Origin: Candidatus Methylomirabilis oxygeniifera
Lineage (GTDB): Bacteria; Methylomirabilota; Methylomirabilia; Methylomirabilales; Methylomirabilaceae
NCBI GenBank assembly: GCA_016190285.1
Contig: JACPQW010000064.1
Span: 1 to 48,455 of the forward strand
DNA: 48,455 nt
Direction: 5' to 3'
Part shown: positions 34,464 to 43,498 of the stretch, piece after piece
How the letters are laid out: each line of letters opens with the position of its first letter
Numbering within the stretch: the first letter of the stretch is position 1
The notes under the pieces: generated by a model
Database searches by the model: none
What the model was told of the DNA's origin: nothing
Seen by the model: only the letters and a program-made list of their open reading frames with translations
Made by a program: the position numbers and the translations under genes

Positions 34464-35753
34464 TTACTGCCCCTGTCCTTGACTGATTTGTTCCTTCAGA
34501 AACTCGGATTTTAACGAGAAGCTACCCGTGGTCACGAGTTCTTCGTCCCCTCTGAGACCTTCGGCGACCTCAATGAGGTCTCCCGATGCGAGTCCAAGCT
34601 TCACCTTCCTCCGCGCAAACGTGACAGTGCCGAGTTTGACGAACACAGACGGCTGACCGTCGATCTGCTGAATGGCCGATGAAGGAATCGCCGTAACCCT
34701 GGCAGTCCCACCAGTCACCTGGGTCCGAAGCCGGACGGTTGCGAACATCCCAAGCTTCAGTTTCCGTTGAGGGTTGGGGATCTCCACTCGCGCTTTGGCT
34801 GTCCGCGTTTCGGAATCGAGGAGATCGCTGACATAGCTGATGGTGCCGCGAAAGGTTTCTCCCGGGTAGGCCTCCACGTTAATTTCAGCGGTTGTCCCAC
34901 GTCGAACCTGACCCAGGTCCTTCTCATAGATATCCACCAGTGTCCAGACGCTGGAGAGGTCGGCGATTGCCAGCAGTTCTTTCTCCGACCCGACCACCTC
35001 GCCAGGCGCCCCTTCCTGCTTGATGATCACGCCGGAGATCGGCGCCTTGACGACTGTGTAGGAGGCCTCACGACGGAACGTCTTCTCGTGGCCGGTTGAC
35101 AGTGCGTCGATCTGTTCCTCGGTCATCCCGAAGCGATACAGCTTCTCCTTTACCCGCGCGATTCGCGCATGCCGATTCGCGACCGACGCTTCAGCGACTC
35201 GATGCTCCGCCTCGCGGACATGGACCTCTTTTTCGGCGATGGCTTCTTTTTCCAGGAGCAATTGGGCGCGGCCCAACGATTGCTGCGAATGATACAAGTG
35301 GGCCAGGTCTCGTCGGAGATCGGCAAACTCTGCCATATAGTCTCCAATGGCCTCCCCCAGCTCGATGTTGTCGTACTCGAAGAGCGGGGCGCCCTGGTTC
35401 ACTGAATCGCCAGCCTGCACATGCATGCGCTCCAGTCGTCCCTTCGCCAGCGGAGCGATGTGGGCGACACGGGCAGGGTTCGGCGCAATCGCGGCTGTAG
35501 CCTCAATGAGCCGGACCGGTGCAATACGCTGCGGCTTGGCGACGGCAAATCCGAACCTGGCCTGAGCCTCAGCCGAAATCGTGACCTTATCTGGTTCAGG
35601 CATGCTCGTAGTCTCAGCCGGTTTTGGTTCGGGGGTGCGGCTGCAGGCTGCTATCGCCAGAGCTGCCGCAATGATCACCGTCGGCAATGCAAGGCTCCGA
35701 AGGCGGAAGGCGGAAGGCGGAAGGCGGAATCTACTCAATAAATGCGCGATCAT
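34464..35753 (-). CDS. czcB: RND periplasmic adaptor (CzcB-like), lipoprotein-like signal
   Basis: IAAC lipobox-like; VKAPISGVI, IADLSSVW and LKLGMFA. Confidence 0.9.
   Translation of the reverse strand: MIAHLLSRFRLPPSAFRLRSLALPTVIIAAALAIAACSRTPEPKPAETTSMPEPDKVTISAEAQARFGFAVAKPQRIAPVRLIEATAAIAPNPARVAHIAPLAKGRLERMHVQAGDSVNQGAPLFEYDNIELGEAIGDYMAEFADLRRDLAHLYHSQQSLGRAQLLLEKEAIAEKEVHVREAEHRVAEASVANRHARIARVKEKLYRFGMTEEQIDALSTGHEKTFRREASYTVVKAPISGVIIKQEGAPGEVVGSEKELLAIADLSSVWTLVDIYEKDLGQVRRGTTAEINVEAYPGETFRGTISYVSDLLDSETRTAKARVEIPNPQRKLKLGMFATVRLRTQVTGGTARVTAIPSSAIQQIDGQPSVFVKLGTVTFARRKVKLGLASGDLIEVAEGLRGDEELVTTGSFSLKSEFLKEQISQGQGQ
35699..35729. repeat. (GAAGGCG)4 perfect heptamer tandem repeat in the czcB 5' end
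   Basis: gaaggcg x4 plus gaa; translated FRLPPSAFR. Confidence 0.9.
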
Positions 35754-35762
35754 CGTGTGTTC

Positions 35763-37007
35763 CTACCGGCCCACGGCCGCCTCGACTTGAAATCTGGCAA
35801 TGCTCAGTTCGTACAGGGAGCGGTTGTAGAGCCGCTGGACCTCCCGAAAGGTTCGCTGTGCATCCAGAAACGCTGTCAAATCGATAGCTCCCAGCTTGTG
35901 CGCAGCCTCGGCGATCTCCCGTGATTCGCGGGCCTTGGGCAGGTATTCGGTTTCCAGCCCTTCAAGGCGTCGGCGTTCACTCTCAAACCGGTTGAACGCC
36001 TGATCCACCTCCAGGAGCGCCTGAGTTTCCGATCGCCTGAGCTGCAACGATTCTCGCTCTTCTTCTGCCTGAGCTCGAATGATGCCTCCCTGGTTCCGAT
36101 TGAAGAGGGGCAGAGGGGCCGAGACCCCAAACAAGACGCTATCCTCGCTGAAGTTCCGCTTGTAGCCAACGAAGGGAAAGAGGTTCGGGAAACGCCGTGC
36201 CTGCTCCAGTCCTTTCTGTTCACGAGCTCGGACAAATCGCTGATGCTGAGCCTTGAGGTCGGGACGGTTTTGCAGCGCCTCGGCATGCAACGGCGTCAGA
36301 CTGCCGACAGGTTCGCCTTTGACGAGCTCTTCAGTAACATCGAATTCGAATGTCGGGTCGGTAACGCCGAGCAGCGTGAGCAGCGCGACCCTGGCCTGTT
36401 TGAGGTTCAGCTCTGCCGCAACGACGTCGTCAAACACCCTGAAGCGCTCAACCTGCACACGTCTCAGTTCCGCCCCGGAGATCTCCCCGAGACGGAACTG
36501 CTCCTCCTTGGAGCGAATGGTCCGGTCAAAATCAGCCAACAGGTCGCGGGCTACGGCAAGATCGGCCCTGGCCAGCACGATCTGGAAGTATGTCTGCTTA
36601 ACCGTAAACCTGAGAAGACGGGCCGTATTGTCGATGTCGGCCTCGGTCGCGCGAAGATTTGCGCCTGCAACGGCTATCCGCTGGGTGCGCTTGCCGGCTG
36701 TCTGAATCTCCTGGCTGGCCTCAACAAAGAGCTCCTGTCGATCTACAAATGAGCCCCCGCGAAACCCCTCCGACCTGATCAGCACCTCCGGGTTGGGGAG
36801 TAGCGCGGCGGTGGCAGCGTCTCCACTCGCGATCTGGCGGGCCGTCATCTCTGTCAGTAGACCGGGGTTTTGCCTCCCTGCGATCTGTAAGGCGTCGGTG
36901 AGAGAAAGCATTCGCGGGAACTCCTGGCGTTGGGCGCCGGCGGGTAGAGGCGTCCCACATAAGATCAGGATAAGAACGATAAAACCGCGAAGGTGCATAA
37001 GTTTCAT
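35763..37007 (-). CDS. czcC: TolC-family outer-membrane efflux protein (CzcC-like)
   Basis: LLPNP, NRPDL, PLPLFNRNQG and FLDAQR. Confidence 0.9.
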   Translation of the reverse strand: MKLMHLRGFIVLILILCGTPLPAGAQRQEFPRMLSLTDALQIAGRQNPGLLTEMTARQIASGDAATAALLPNPEVLIRSEGFRGGSFVDRQELFVEASQEIQTAGKRTQRIAVAGANLRATEADIDNTARLLRFTVKQTYFQIVLARADLAVARDLLADFDRTIRSKEEQFRLGEISGAELRRVQVERFRVFDDVVAAELNLKQARVALLTLLGVTDPTFEFDVTEELVKGEPVGSLTPLHAEALQNRPDLKAQHQRFVRAREQKGLEQARRFPNLFPFVGYKRNFSEDSVLFGVSAPLPLFNRNQGGIIRAQAEEERESLQLRRSETQALLEVDQAFNRFESERRRLEGLETEYLPKARESREIAEAAHKLGAIDLTAFLDAQRTFREVQRLYNRSLYELSIARFQVEAAVGR

Positions 37008-37077
37008 CTGTTCACCATCCTCACAATAACGTTGAACATACCCCACCTCCTTATGGCCGCGTTGCTGGTTCGTGTTC

Positions 37078-37143
37078 GTCATACCGGGGGAAGCCGGTAT
37101 CCAGAGAGGGCCCGACTGGATTCCGTGTCAGGCACGGAATGAC
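37078..37143. repeat. REP/RPE-like palindromic element
   Basis: gtcataccgg..ccggtatccag...ctggattccgtg..cacggaatgac; GTCAT...ATGAC termini as in 30713-30802. Confidence 0.75.
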
Positions 37144-37160
37144 GGGCCAGAACAGAATAC

Positions 37161-37192
37161 GATACCCCGCGGCTTGCCGCGAGGAGGCTTCA
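37161..37192. repeat. Short palindromic repeat (CCCCGCGGCTTGCCGCGAGG type)
   Basis: gataccccgcggcttgccgcgaggaggcttca hairpin. Confidence 0.55.
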
Positions 37193-37260
37193 TTTCAATA
37201 GCGGCGATTATCCCCGCAGAGGCGGGGAAGTGATAACGGTCGTGAGAACCGGAAGTAGAA

Positions 37261-37641
37261 CTACGTGAGACGAGGCGGTGGGGAGGTGATGTCGATCGTG
37301 AAGGAGAGCGGGGACGGGGCAAGTTGATCAGTGTATGCCCTGACGAATCCCGGAGGCGCAAAGAAAGAGTGTGGCGGCTGATCGATCGGGCTCACCTCGA
37401 AATCGCAGTGAGGGATCGGTTGCCTTGTGGGTCGAGGCTTATGGTCCTGCACTCTTTTAGGCGCCTGCGTCTCTTCATGCAGGTTTACGTGCGAGTGGTA
37501 AGCAGCAGACCGGTTCCCGAGAGGGGTCGAATGAGAATGATCATGGGGGCCGACAACTTTAATATGGATGGCTGGCGATCCCATGTACACAACGAGTAGC
37601 GTAAAGGCAAGAGCGAAAACTCTTTGACTTCGACCTGTCAC
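37261..37641 (-). CDS. His-rich leader protein C (ends TSPPPR)
   Basis: N-terminal TM; HDHSHS..YHSHVNLH..PHC; Pro-rich C-terminus; upstream of czcC. Confidence 0.75.
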   Translation of the reverse strand: MTGRSQRVFALAFTLLVVYMGSPAIHIKVVGPHDHSHSTPLGNRSAAYHSHVNLHEETQAPKRVQDHKPRPTRQPIPHCDFEVSPIDQPPHSFFAPPGFVRAYTDQLAPSPLSFTIDITSPPPRLT

Positions 37642-37719
37642 GGAAGCCTATTCCTCCAAGTGTCTGTTCGTCACCCAAATGGGAGCAGAACAACTTCACC
37701 CGCGTCGAGTACGCAAAAG

Positions 37720-37749
37720 AATATATCAGTCGATTTACCACCGTGTCAA
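37720..37749 (-). promoter_or_regulatory. Sigma70-like promoter upstream of leader C
   Basis: TTGACA-18 nt-TATATT with extended -10 TG. Confidence 0.7.
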
Positions 37750-37859
37750 GCTAGTGGCACCGTCCCGCGCCAGAATCCGTGAACTTCTGCCCTACGATCG
37801 GGATGAACTGCCACTCATAACTCGTCGGATATAAGGTCAGCTTCAAGACGCCGAACGTC

Positions 37860-38444
37860 TCATCGTGTCGTACTGTGCGGTTCGAGCAGACTCAAGGAAG
37901 GCAATGTGAGTGCGGGGGCCGGCTCCTCAAGCGGGCCAAGGCTGAGCAGCACAGCAACCGAACTTCCCCGGCGGATCAGGGCGCCGGCCTCAGGATCCTG
38001 GGCGATCACCTCCCCCGTCGGGCGTTCCGACGAGTGGACCCGCACCACCCGGCTCAGAGTAAAACCAAATCGCTGGAGAAGCTGCTCGGCCTCCGGTAGC
38101 GGCAATCGGGTGAGGTTCGGGAGCGCGACTGCGTCGCTCCCTTGACTGACTACCAGGCGGACCTCGCTGTTTTTCTGCACCCATGAACCACTGGCCGGTC
38201 GTTGGAATATAATAGCATCTTGCGGAACGGCTTCATTGTACTCGCGGCCGCTCACCTTCGGCTGGAGCCCCTGCTCGCGCAGCAGTTCGAGCGCCGCCGT
38301 GGCGTTCATTCCGATCACGCGCGGAAGCTGGACCTTATCCTTATCCGTAGCAAGCCACACCGTGATGGCGCCGCTCACGATTGCCACAGCGGTCAGGATC
38401 AAGACCGCCGCAAGACCCTTGCCCAGCAGACGGAGGAGCTTCAT
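37860..38444 (-). CDS. PASTA-domain membrane protein
   Basis: TM helix plus two PASTA repeats (LPRVIGM..QRPASG..VSQG; LPNLT..QDPEAG..LSLG). Confidence 0.9.
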   Translation of the reverse strand: MKLLRLLGKGLAAVLILTAVAIVSGAITVWLATDKDKVQLPRVIGMNATAALELLREQGLQPKVSGREYNEAVPQDAIIFQRPASGSWVQKNSEVRLVVSQGSDAVALPNLTRLPLPEAEQLLQRFGFTLSRVVRVHSSERPTGEVIAQDPEAGALIRRGSSVAVLLSLGPLEEPAPALTLPSLSLLEPHSTTR

Positions 38445-39799
38445 CCGCCGCTCCTGCGGAATCGGATGGCGTAGAAGCCGTCGAGCCCGTGCCGGTGCGG
38501 CCAGGTGCGAAGAGCGCCTTTAGAATCGATCAGCTCCGCAACCGTTGCAGGAAGGCAGCCGGAGGCGTGGGTGGCGGTAAACTCCGGGAAATCATGCAGG
38601 AACGTCTCGACCACGGTGTCGGTCTCCTCCGGCTCAAGCGAACAGGTGCTGTAGACCAGGAATCCTCCAGGCCTAAGTACCGGCGCGACTCCATGCAGCA
38701 GCTCACGTTGCAGGCGTGCCAGAGTCGTCAAGCCCGCCTCTTGCTGCTGCCACTTCCGCTCAGGATGGCGTCTGAGGGTGCCGAGGCCGCTGCACGGCGC
38801 ATCCACCAAGATTCGGTCCACCGGGCGCGTGAAGAGCTGCGCGGCCTGCCTGGCATCGGCCTGGACCGGGAAGACCCGATCAAGACCCAGGCGCGCCCTG
38901 GCCTCTCGGAGGCGTCGATGCGCGCGAGCGCTCGGATCGAGCGCGATCACTCGCCCACGTCCGGCGAGCTGACCCAGGAGCAGGGCCGTCTTCCCGCCGC
39001 CGCCCGCGCAGGCGTCCAACACGACGTCGCCGGGCTGGGGATCCAGCAGGAGGACCGGCAAGGCCGCCGCCTCATCCATCGGGACGTACCAGCCATCCGC
39101 GAATGCGGAATCCCGCAGCGCCTCTGCGCCGTCAGTGAGGTGAAAAGCGCCAGGGGCGAATCGGCCCGGCGTCACCGATCCCGTAATCCTGGCGAGACGG
39201 GCCTCGACCTCCTCAGGCCGACACTTGAGGCGGTTGACGATGACGGAAAGCGTCGGGGTGTCGTTGTTGGCCTGCAGAAGCGCTTCAGTCTCTTCGGCTC
39301 CAAGCCTCTTCAGCCAGCGGCTGACCAGCCAGGGCGGGTGCGACCAGCGAGCCGCGAGAGCGTCGACCGGATCGTTGAACGGATCAGGAAACCGAATCGT
39401 TGCATGCCGCTCCAATAATCGGCGCAAGATCGCATTGACGAAGGCTTTGGCGCCGGACTTGACGTGGCCGCGCATGACGGCTTGCGTCAGAGCGACGGTC
39501 TCGTTGACGGCGGCATAGGCCGGGATGCGCGTCAAGAAGAGGATCTGATAGGCGCCAAGACGCAGCAGCCGGCGCAGCGGCCGATCGACCGTATTCCAGG
39601 AGCGATCGGTCACGGCGGCCAGCAGATAGTCAAGACGACCCTGCCAGCGGAGGACGCCGTACGTCAACTCGGTTGTCAGCGCCCGATCCTGTTGCGACAG
39701 GCGCGAACGGTTCAATCTCGCGTTGAGGAGAAGACTCGCGTAAGCCTGGCAGTCCTCCACCTGGGTCAATATCTCGAACGCGAGCCGCCGTGCGTCCAT
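38441..39799 (-). CDS. rsmB: 16S rRNA m5C967 methyltransferase RsmB (Sun)
   Basis: NusB-like N-terminus; LDACAGGGGKT, DAPCSGLG and YSTCS. Confidence 0.93.
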   Translation of the reverse strand: MDARRLAFEILTQVEDCQAYASLLLNARLNRSRLSQQDRALTTELTYGVLRWQGRLDYLLAAVTDRSWNTVDRPLRRLLRLGAYQILFLTRIPAYAAVNETVALTQAVMRGHVKSGAKAFVNAILRRLLERHATIRFPDPFNDPVDALAARWSHPPWLVSRWLKRLGAEETEALLQANNDTPTLSVIVNRLKCRPEEVEARLARITGSVTPGRFAPGAFHLTDGAEALRDSAFADGWYVPMDEAAALPVLLLDPQPGDVVLDACAGGGGKTALLLGQLAGRGRVIALDPSARAHRRLREARARLGLDRVFPVQADARQAAQLFTRPVDRILVDAPCSGLGTLRRHPERKWQQQEAGLTTLARLQRELLHGVAPVLRPGGFLVYSTCSLEPEETDTVVETFLHDFPEFTATHASGCLPATVAELIDSKGALRTWPHRHGLDGFYAIRFRRSGG

Positions 39800-39809
39800 C
39801 TGCGTGCCT

Positions 39810-40745
39810 CTACGCGGAGCCAAAGACGTCGCCGGGTTGGACATGGTACCCGCTGGCAAACTCCGCTGCGGTCATCACGCGACGGTTCTCCGGTTGCACC
39901 TGTGACAGCCACAGACCTCCCTGCCCGGCGGCGACCAACACCCCTTTCGCGCGATTAATTGCACATACGGCGCCTGGAGGGGAGTCGGTTGTTGCCTCTG
40001 CCTCGGCTTGCAACACCTTGACGCGGCGTCCCCCGAAGCTGGTCACGGCTCCCGGCGTTGGACACAGGCCCCGAATCACGCAGTCGAGGGCTCGCGCATT
40101 GCGGGTCCAATCGAGATGCGTCTCGCCCACGGTGAGCTTCGGCGCATAGGTTGCACGCCGCTCGTCCTGCGGGATCGGCTGGGCTGTCCGGTGTGCTATC
40201 TGATCAAGGACTTGACACAACAGCTCGGCCCCCAGGACGGCCAGACGCTCGCTTATGGTGCCAGCGGTATCCTGAGGCCCGATCGGCTCGGGCTGCTGCA
40301 TGAGGATCGGACCGGCATCCATCCGCGCCTCGATCTGCATAATGGTGACCCCTGTAACGGTCTCTCCCTGGATGATGGCCCATGGGATCGGCGCGGCGCC
40401 ACGGTACTTCGGCAGGAGCGAGGCATGGAGATTCAGGCAACCATGCGGCGGCAGGGTGAGAATCGGCTTCGGCAGAAGCTGGCCATAGGCGACGACGACG
40501 ATGGCCTTTGGCTGGGCCACCTGCAGCGCCGACATGACCGCCGGCTCGCCAACCTTCTCCGGCTGCAGGATCGTGAGCTTGAGCTCCTGGGCAGCGAGTT
40601 TCACGGGTGGCGGGGTCGGCACGCGCCCGCGCCCGGCCGGCCGATCCGGTTGGGTCACAACCAGGCAGATCTCGTGACCAGCGGCGATGAGCGCCCTGAG
40701 CGACGGCAGGGCGAACGCGGGTGTGCCCATGAAACTTACGCGCAT
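39810..40745 (-). CDS. fmt: Methionyl-tRNA formyltransferase
   Basis: FMGTPAFA, VTQPDRPAGRG and NLHASLLPKYRGAAPI. Confidence 0.95.
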   Translation of the reverse strand: MRVSFMGTPAFALPSLRALIAAGHEICLVVTQPDRPAGRGRVPTPPPVKLAAQELKLTILQPEKVGEPAVMSALQVAQPKAIVVVAYGQLLPKPILTLPPHGCLNLHASLLPKYRGAAPIPWAIIQGETVTGVTIMQIEARMDAGPILMQQPEPIGPQDTAGTISERLAVLGAELLCQVLDQIAHRTAQPIPQDERRATYAPKLTVGETHLDWTRNARALDCVIRGLCPTPGAVTSFGGRRVKVLQAEAEATTDSPPGAVCAINRAKGVLVAAGQGGLWLSQVQPENRRVMTAAEFASGYHVQPGDVFGSA

Positions 40746-41224
40746 TGGCCGTTTCCCTTCCTCATGGCAGCCACACGATCGAGTGTCTCCAGCATCCGGG
40801 CGTAATGCGTCCCCTCCCAGTAGATCCGGAGGCAGCCGGGGCAGCGAGCGAACCGCTCCTGAGTCTGCCAGACGAACGGGGGGATCTCGGCGCGTACCTC
40901 GGCTTTGTCGACCGGCTCCAGGGGAAGATTGCATCGCGCGCACAGGCGGCCGATATGGGGCGGCAACCCAAAGCGAGCAATGACCTGGTCAAGCTGCTCA
41001 TCGTAGTGATCACTGTTAATGAAGAAGGTCAGATGGGGCGGCAGCCGAGGAGGCAGGTGGGTGTCGCGGGTGAGCAACAGCCGATTCTCAGCCAAAACCA
41101 GGCGCACTAGTCGGGCATCGTCGCCTCGCCAGTAGAGCGTATCGTACCCCAGCACGCGAAGCCACTTGGCCAACCGACCCAGCATCGCATCGGCCACGAA
41201 CCGCATTGCTGTTTCATTCTTCAT
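40736..41224 (-). CDS. Mut7-C RNase domain protein
   Basis: FVADAMLGRLAKWLRVLGYDT, LLTRD, CARC and CPGC.RIYWEGTH. Confidence 0.9.
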   Translation of the reverse strand: MKNETAMRFVADAMLGRLAKWLRVLGYDTLYWRGDDARLVRLVLAENRLLLTRDTHLPPRLPPHLTFFINSDHYDEQLDQVIARFGLPPHIGRLCARCNLPLEPVDKAEVRAEIPPFVWQTQERFARCPGCLRIYWEGTHYARMLETLDRVAAMRKGNGQCA

Positions 41225-41377
41225 TGATCGTCTGTGTCCTTAGCGCCCGGAAGATACCCCGCGCACCTGTGACTATAGCATACCAACAGGTCGCCCTCGA
41301 CCGTAAATACCCAAGCCTGCAAGCTATCACAGCCTCCGTTATTCGTTCGCTATGCCTCCGCTGGAACATGGGTATGA

Positions 41378-41404
41378 CCTGTCTGCGTGCGACGCACAGG
41401 CAGG
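41378..41404. repeat. Short REP-like palindrome
   Basis: cctgtctgcgtgcgacgcacaggcagg. Confidence 0.55.
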
Positions 41405-41645
41405 CATTCGAACGGTCTAGGGAACTGAGTGTTTGTCGGTAACGGCGGCGCGTGGAGACCCTTGACAAGTCCCTAAAACGGCTGGAGAATTGCGGCAATC
41501 GTTGGAGTGTCAAGGACGTAATAGACCAACCGGCCTCGTACTGATAGCCTGAGCAGGCTATTCAGTCGTGAGTCTGGTTGGGAATCGGGTACAATGCGAC
41601 CAAGCGTTCTCACGAGGTAAAGCCTTGCCGGTAAGGGAGTCGATC

Positions 41646-41951
41646 ATGAACCATCCAATCTATCGGGTCATTGAGTGTGAAATCGTTGGCCCATACACGC
41701 TTCGGGTTGCGTTCGACGATAAGACAGAGCAGGTCATCGACTTTCGACCTGTGCTGGAGGGCGCTTTGTATACGCCTTTGCAGGACGAGCGCTTATTCAA
41801 TCAGGTCGAGATAGACCCGGAAGTGCATACGTTGGTCTGGCCCAATGGGGCGGACTTTGATCCGGAGACATTGCATGACTGGCCGAAGTATGCTGAAGAG
41901 ATGAAGCGTATGGCCAGGCGATGGGCTGCGACGGAGGCAAAGGTTGCATAG
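41646..41951 (+). CDS. DUF2442-family antitoxin-like protein
   Basis: YTLRVAFDD...LF.QV.ID...TLVWPNGADFDPETL. Confidence 0.85.
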   Translation: MNHPIYRVIECEIVGPYTLRVAFDDKTEQVIDFRPVLEGALYTPLQDERLFNQVEIDPEVHTLVWPNGADFDPETLHDWPKYAEEMKRMARRWAATEAKVA

Positions 41952-42151
41952 GCGGCGGCTCGGCATACACCCGCTGTACCAGGTGTGGGGACAGAGGCTC
42001 CAAACAACGTTCAAGGGGGAAGACGGACGTTGATTCTCATCGTCCTTCGAGCCCCTGGCCCGCAGCCCCTTTAGAGGAGGCCCTGGCTGACCTTTATCAA
42101 GAGGTAGGGCGGTTGGAATGTGAGCGACAAGGCACCTTACCCCACGCTCAT

Positions 42152-42530
42152 GTGCCTTGAAAGGTTCTGATGACTAACTGGTGCAAGGCGGGTCGTAGGA
42201 ATCGCTAGAGAGCCAGGTAGCAGGCTCCCACGGCATCTGGGCGACTGGGTGTGGTGAAGCAGGGTACCCCTCTCTGAGAAGGAGGTGCAAGCCAGTAGTC
42301 CGTACCACGAAGGGAATCCGGCGGCGCCGACCTCGTAGCCCCGCAAGGGGAGTCAAGGAGAGCCGGGCATGTCAGCGATCGCGAAGGACATGGAAGGGGC
42401 GAGGACCCAGGAAGCGCAGCCGAGAGGGCGCATGGCGGGGGTTCTTGGACGGCCGAAGCTGGCCCGGCATCCGGAAAAGACCCAGGTGGTGGACCTCGGG
42501 ATAGGTGGTATCGAGTGTAAGGTTGTGCCC
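42152..42530 (+). mobile_element. Possible 5' fragment (domain I) of a group II intron; no RT ORF
   Basis: Starts GTGCCTTGAAAG; purine-rich non-coding stretch with GGTGCAAG, GGTAGC..GGCGAC..GGTGAAGC and cccc-gcaa-gggg GNRA hairpin; no domain V seen. Confidence 0.4.
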
Positions 42531-42583
42531 GGCAATGAGATAGAGCGTATGGCCCTGTCTCGCACGTGCTCTTCTGGAGGGCT

Positions 42584-42961
42584 ATGATGAGGATACACCC
42601 AGAATGGCCTTTACGACTGGGCTGCGGCTTTGCAAACCTCTACGCGGGATTCTTTCTGCTGACTGATCCTGCACGCTTCTACAAGTACGTTCCCGGCTGG
42701 CTCAGCCACGTTGCCAACGCGATCGCTTCAGTTGATATGTACCTGCGACTGCAGGGACTCGGAGAGATCATGATCGCGATCTGCCTCTTTGGATGGTTTG
42801 TCCCGCGCTGGTGTGTACGTGTGGCATCATCGCTGCTTGCTCTCGAAATGACACTCATTTTCATCTTCGTTGGGGTCGATGCTGTGACGTTTCGTAACGC
42901 AGGCCTTCTGGGATCGGCGCTCTCGTTGCTTATCAGTTCGTACCGAGAAAAAAGGGGATAG
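42584..42961 (+). CDS. DoxX-like membrane protein
   Basis: LRLGCG..LYAG, GLGEIMIA and FRNAGLLG; four hydrophobic segments; GGAGGG SD. Confidence 0.75.
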   Translation: MMRIHPEWPLRLGCGFANLYAGFFLLTDPARFYKYVPGWLSHVANAIASVDMYLRLQGLGEIMIAICLFGWFVPRWCVRVASSLLALEMTLIFIFVGVDAVTFRNAGLLGSALSLLISSYREKRG

Positions 42962-43291
42962 GCGACTCACTACACCTTGCGCTGGGCCAGGATTGGCCCG
43001 TAGGAAGCTGACGAGGAAGCCATGGCGCGGCGCGAAGCGTCCGCGCCATCGGGGCTGCGGACTACCACCCACTTTCTGTCCGGCGCTTCGCGACGGCCAT
43101 CAAGCGGCTCCAGCGGACGGTCATCCACGTATGCACGCTCGCGCACCCTTCCGCCGCTGATTCATAACGCCGTCAGCCTGTGAAGTAAGGATGCCCAGTG
43201 CCTACGATCATTTCATCGAATTCCGACTGGACATACCGAAGCAGTATCGATATATTCTACGTATAACTTATAACCGATCGATAGGTGATCC

Positions 43292-43498
43292 ATGGCAAAA
43301 GTGACCATCTCGCCAAAGTTTCAAGTGGTGATTCCGAAGGAGATACGAGAGAAGCTCGGGCTTGAGCCGGGGCAGAAGGTTGAGGCTTTGATGTACGACG
43401 ACCGGATTGAGCTCATTCCCGTTCGTCCAACGCGTCAGATGCGTGGCTTTCTCAAGGGCATTGACACCTCTGTGGAGCGCGAGGCCGATAGGGCATGA
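43292..43498 (+). CDS. AbrB/MazE-type antitoxin
   Basis: VTISPKFQVVIPKEIREKLGLEPGQKV. Confidence 0.9.
   Translation: MAKVTISPKFQVVIPKEIREKLGLEPGQKVEALMYDDRIELIPVRPTRQMRGFLKGIDTSVEREADRA

Noticed and set aside
40746-40943. Extended fmt N-terminus from the ORF track
   Set aside because: Overlaps the Mut7-C gene; the Fmt motif begins at ATG 40745.
41460-41514. Inverted repeat ccttgaca...tgtcaagg as a mobile-element end
   Set aside because: Only 8 bp and equally explained by two oppositely oriented TTGACA -35 elements.
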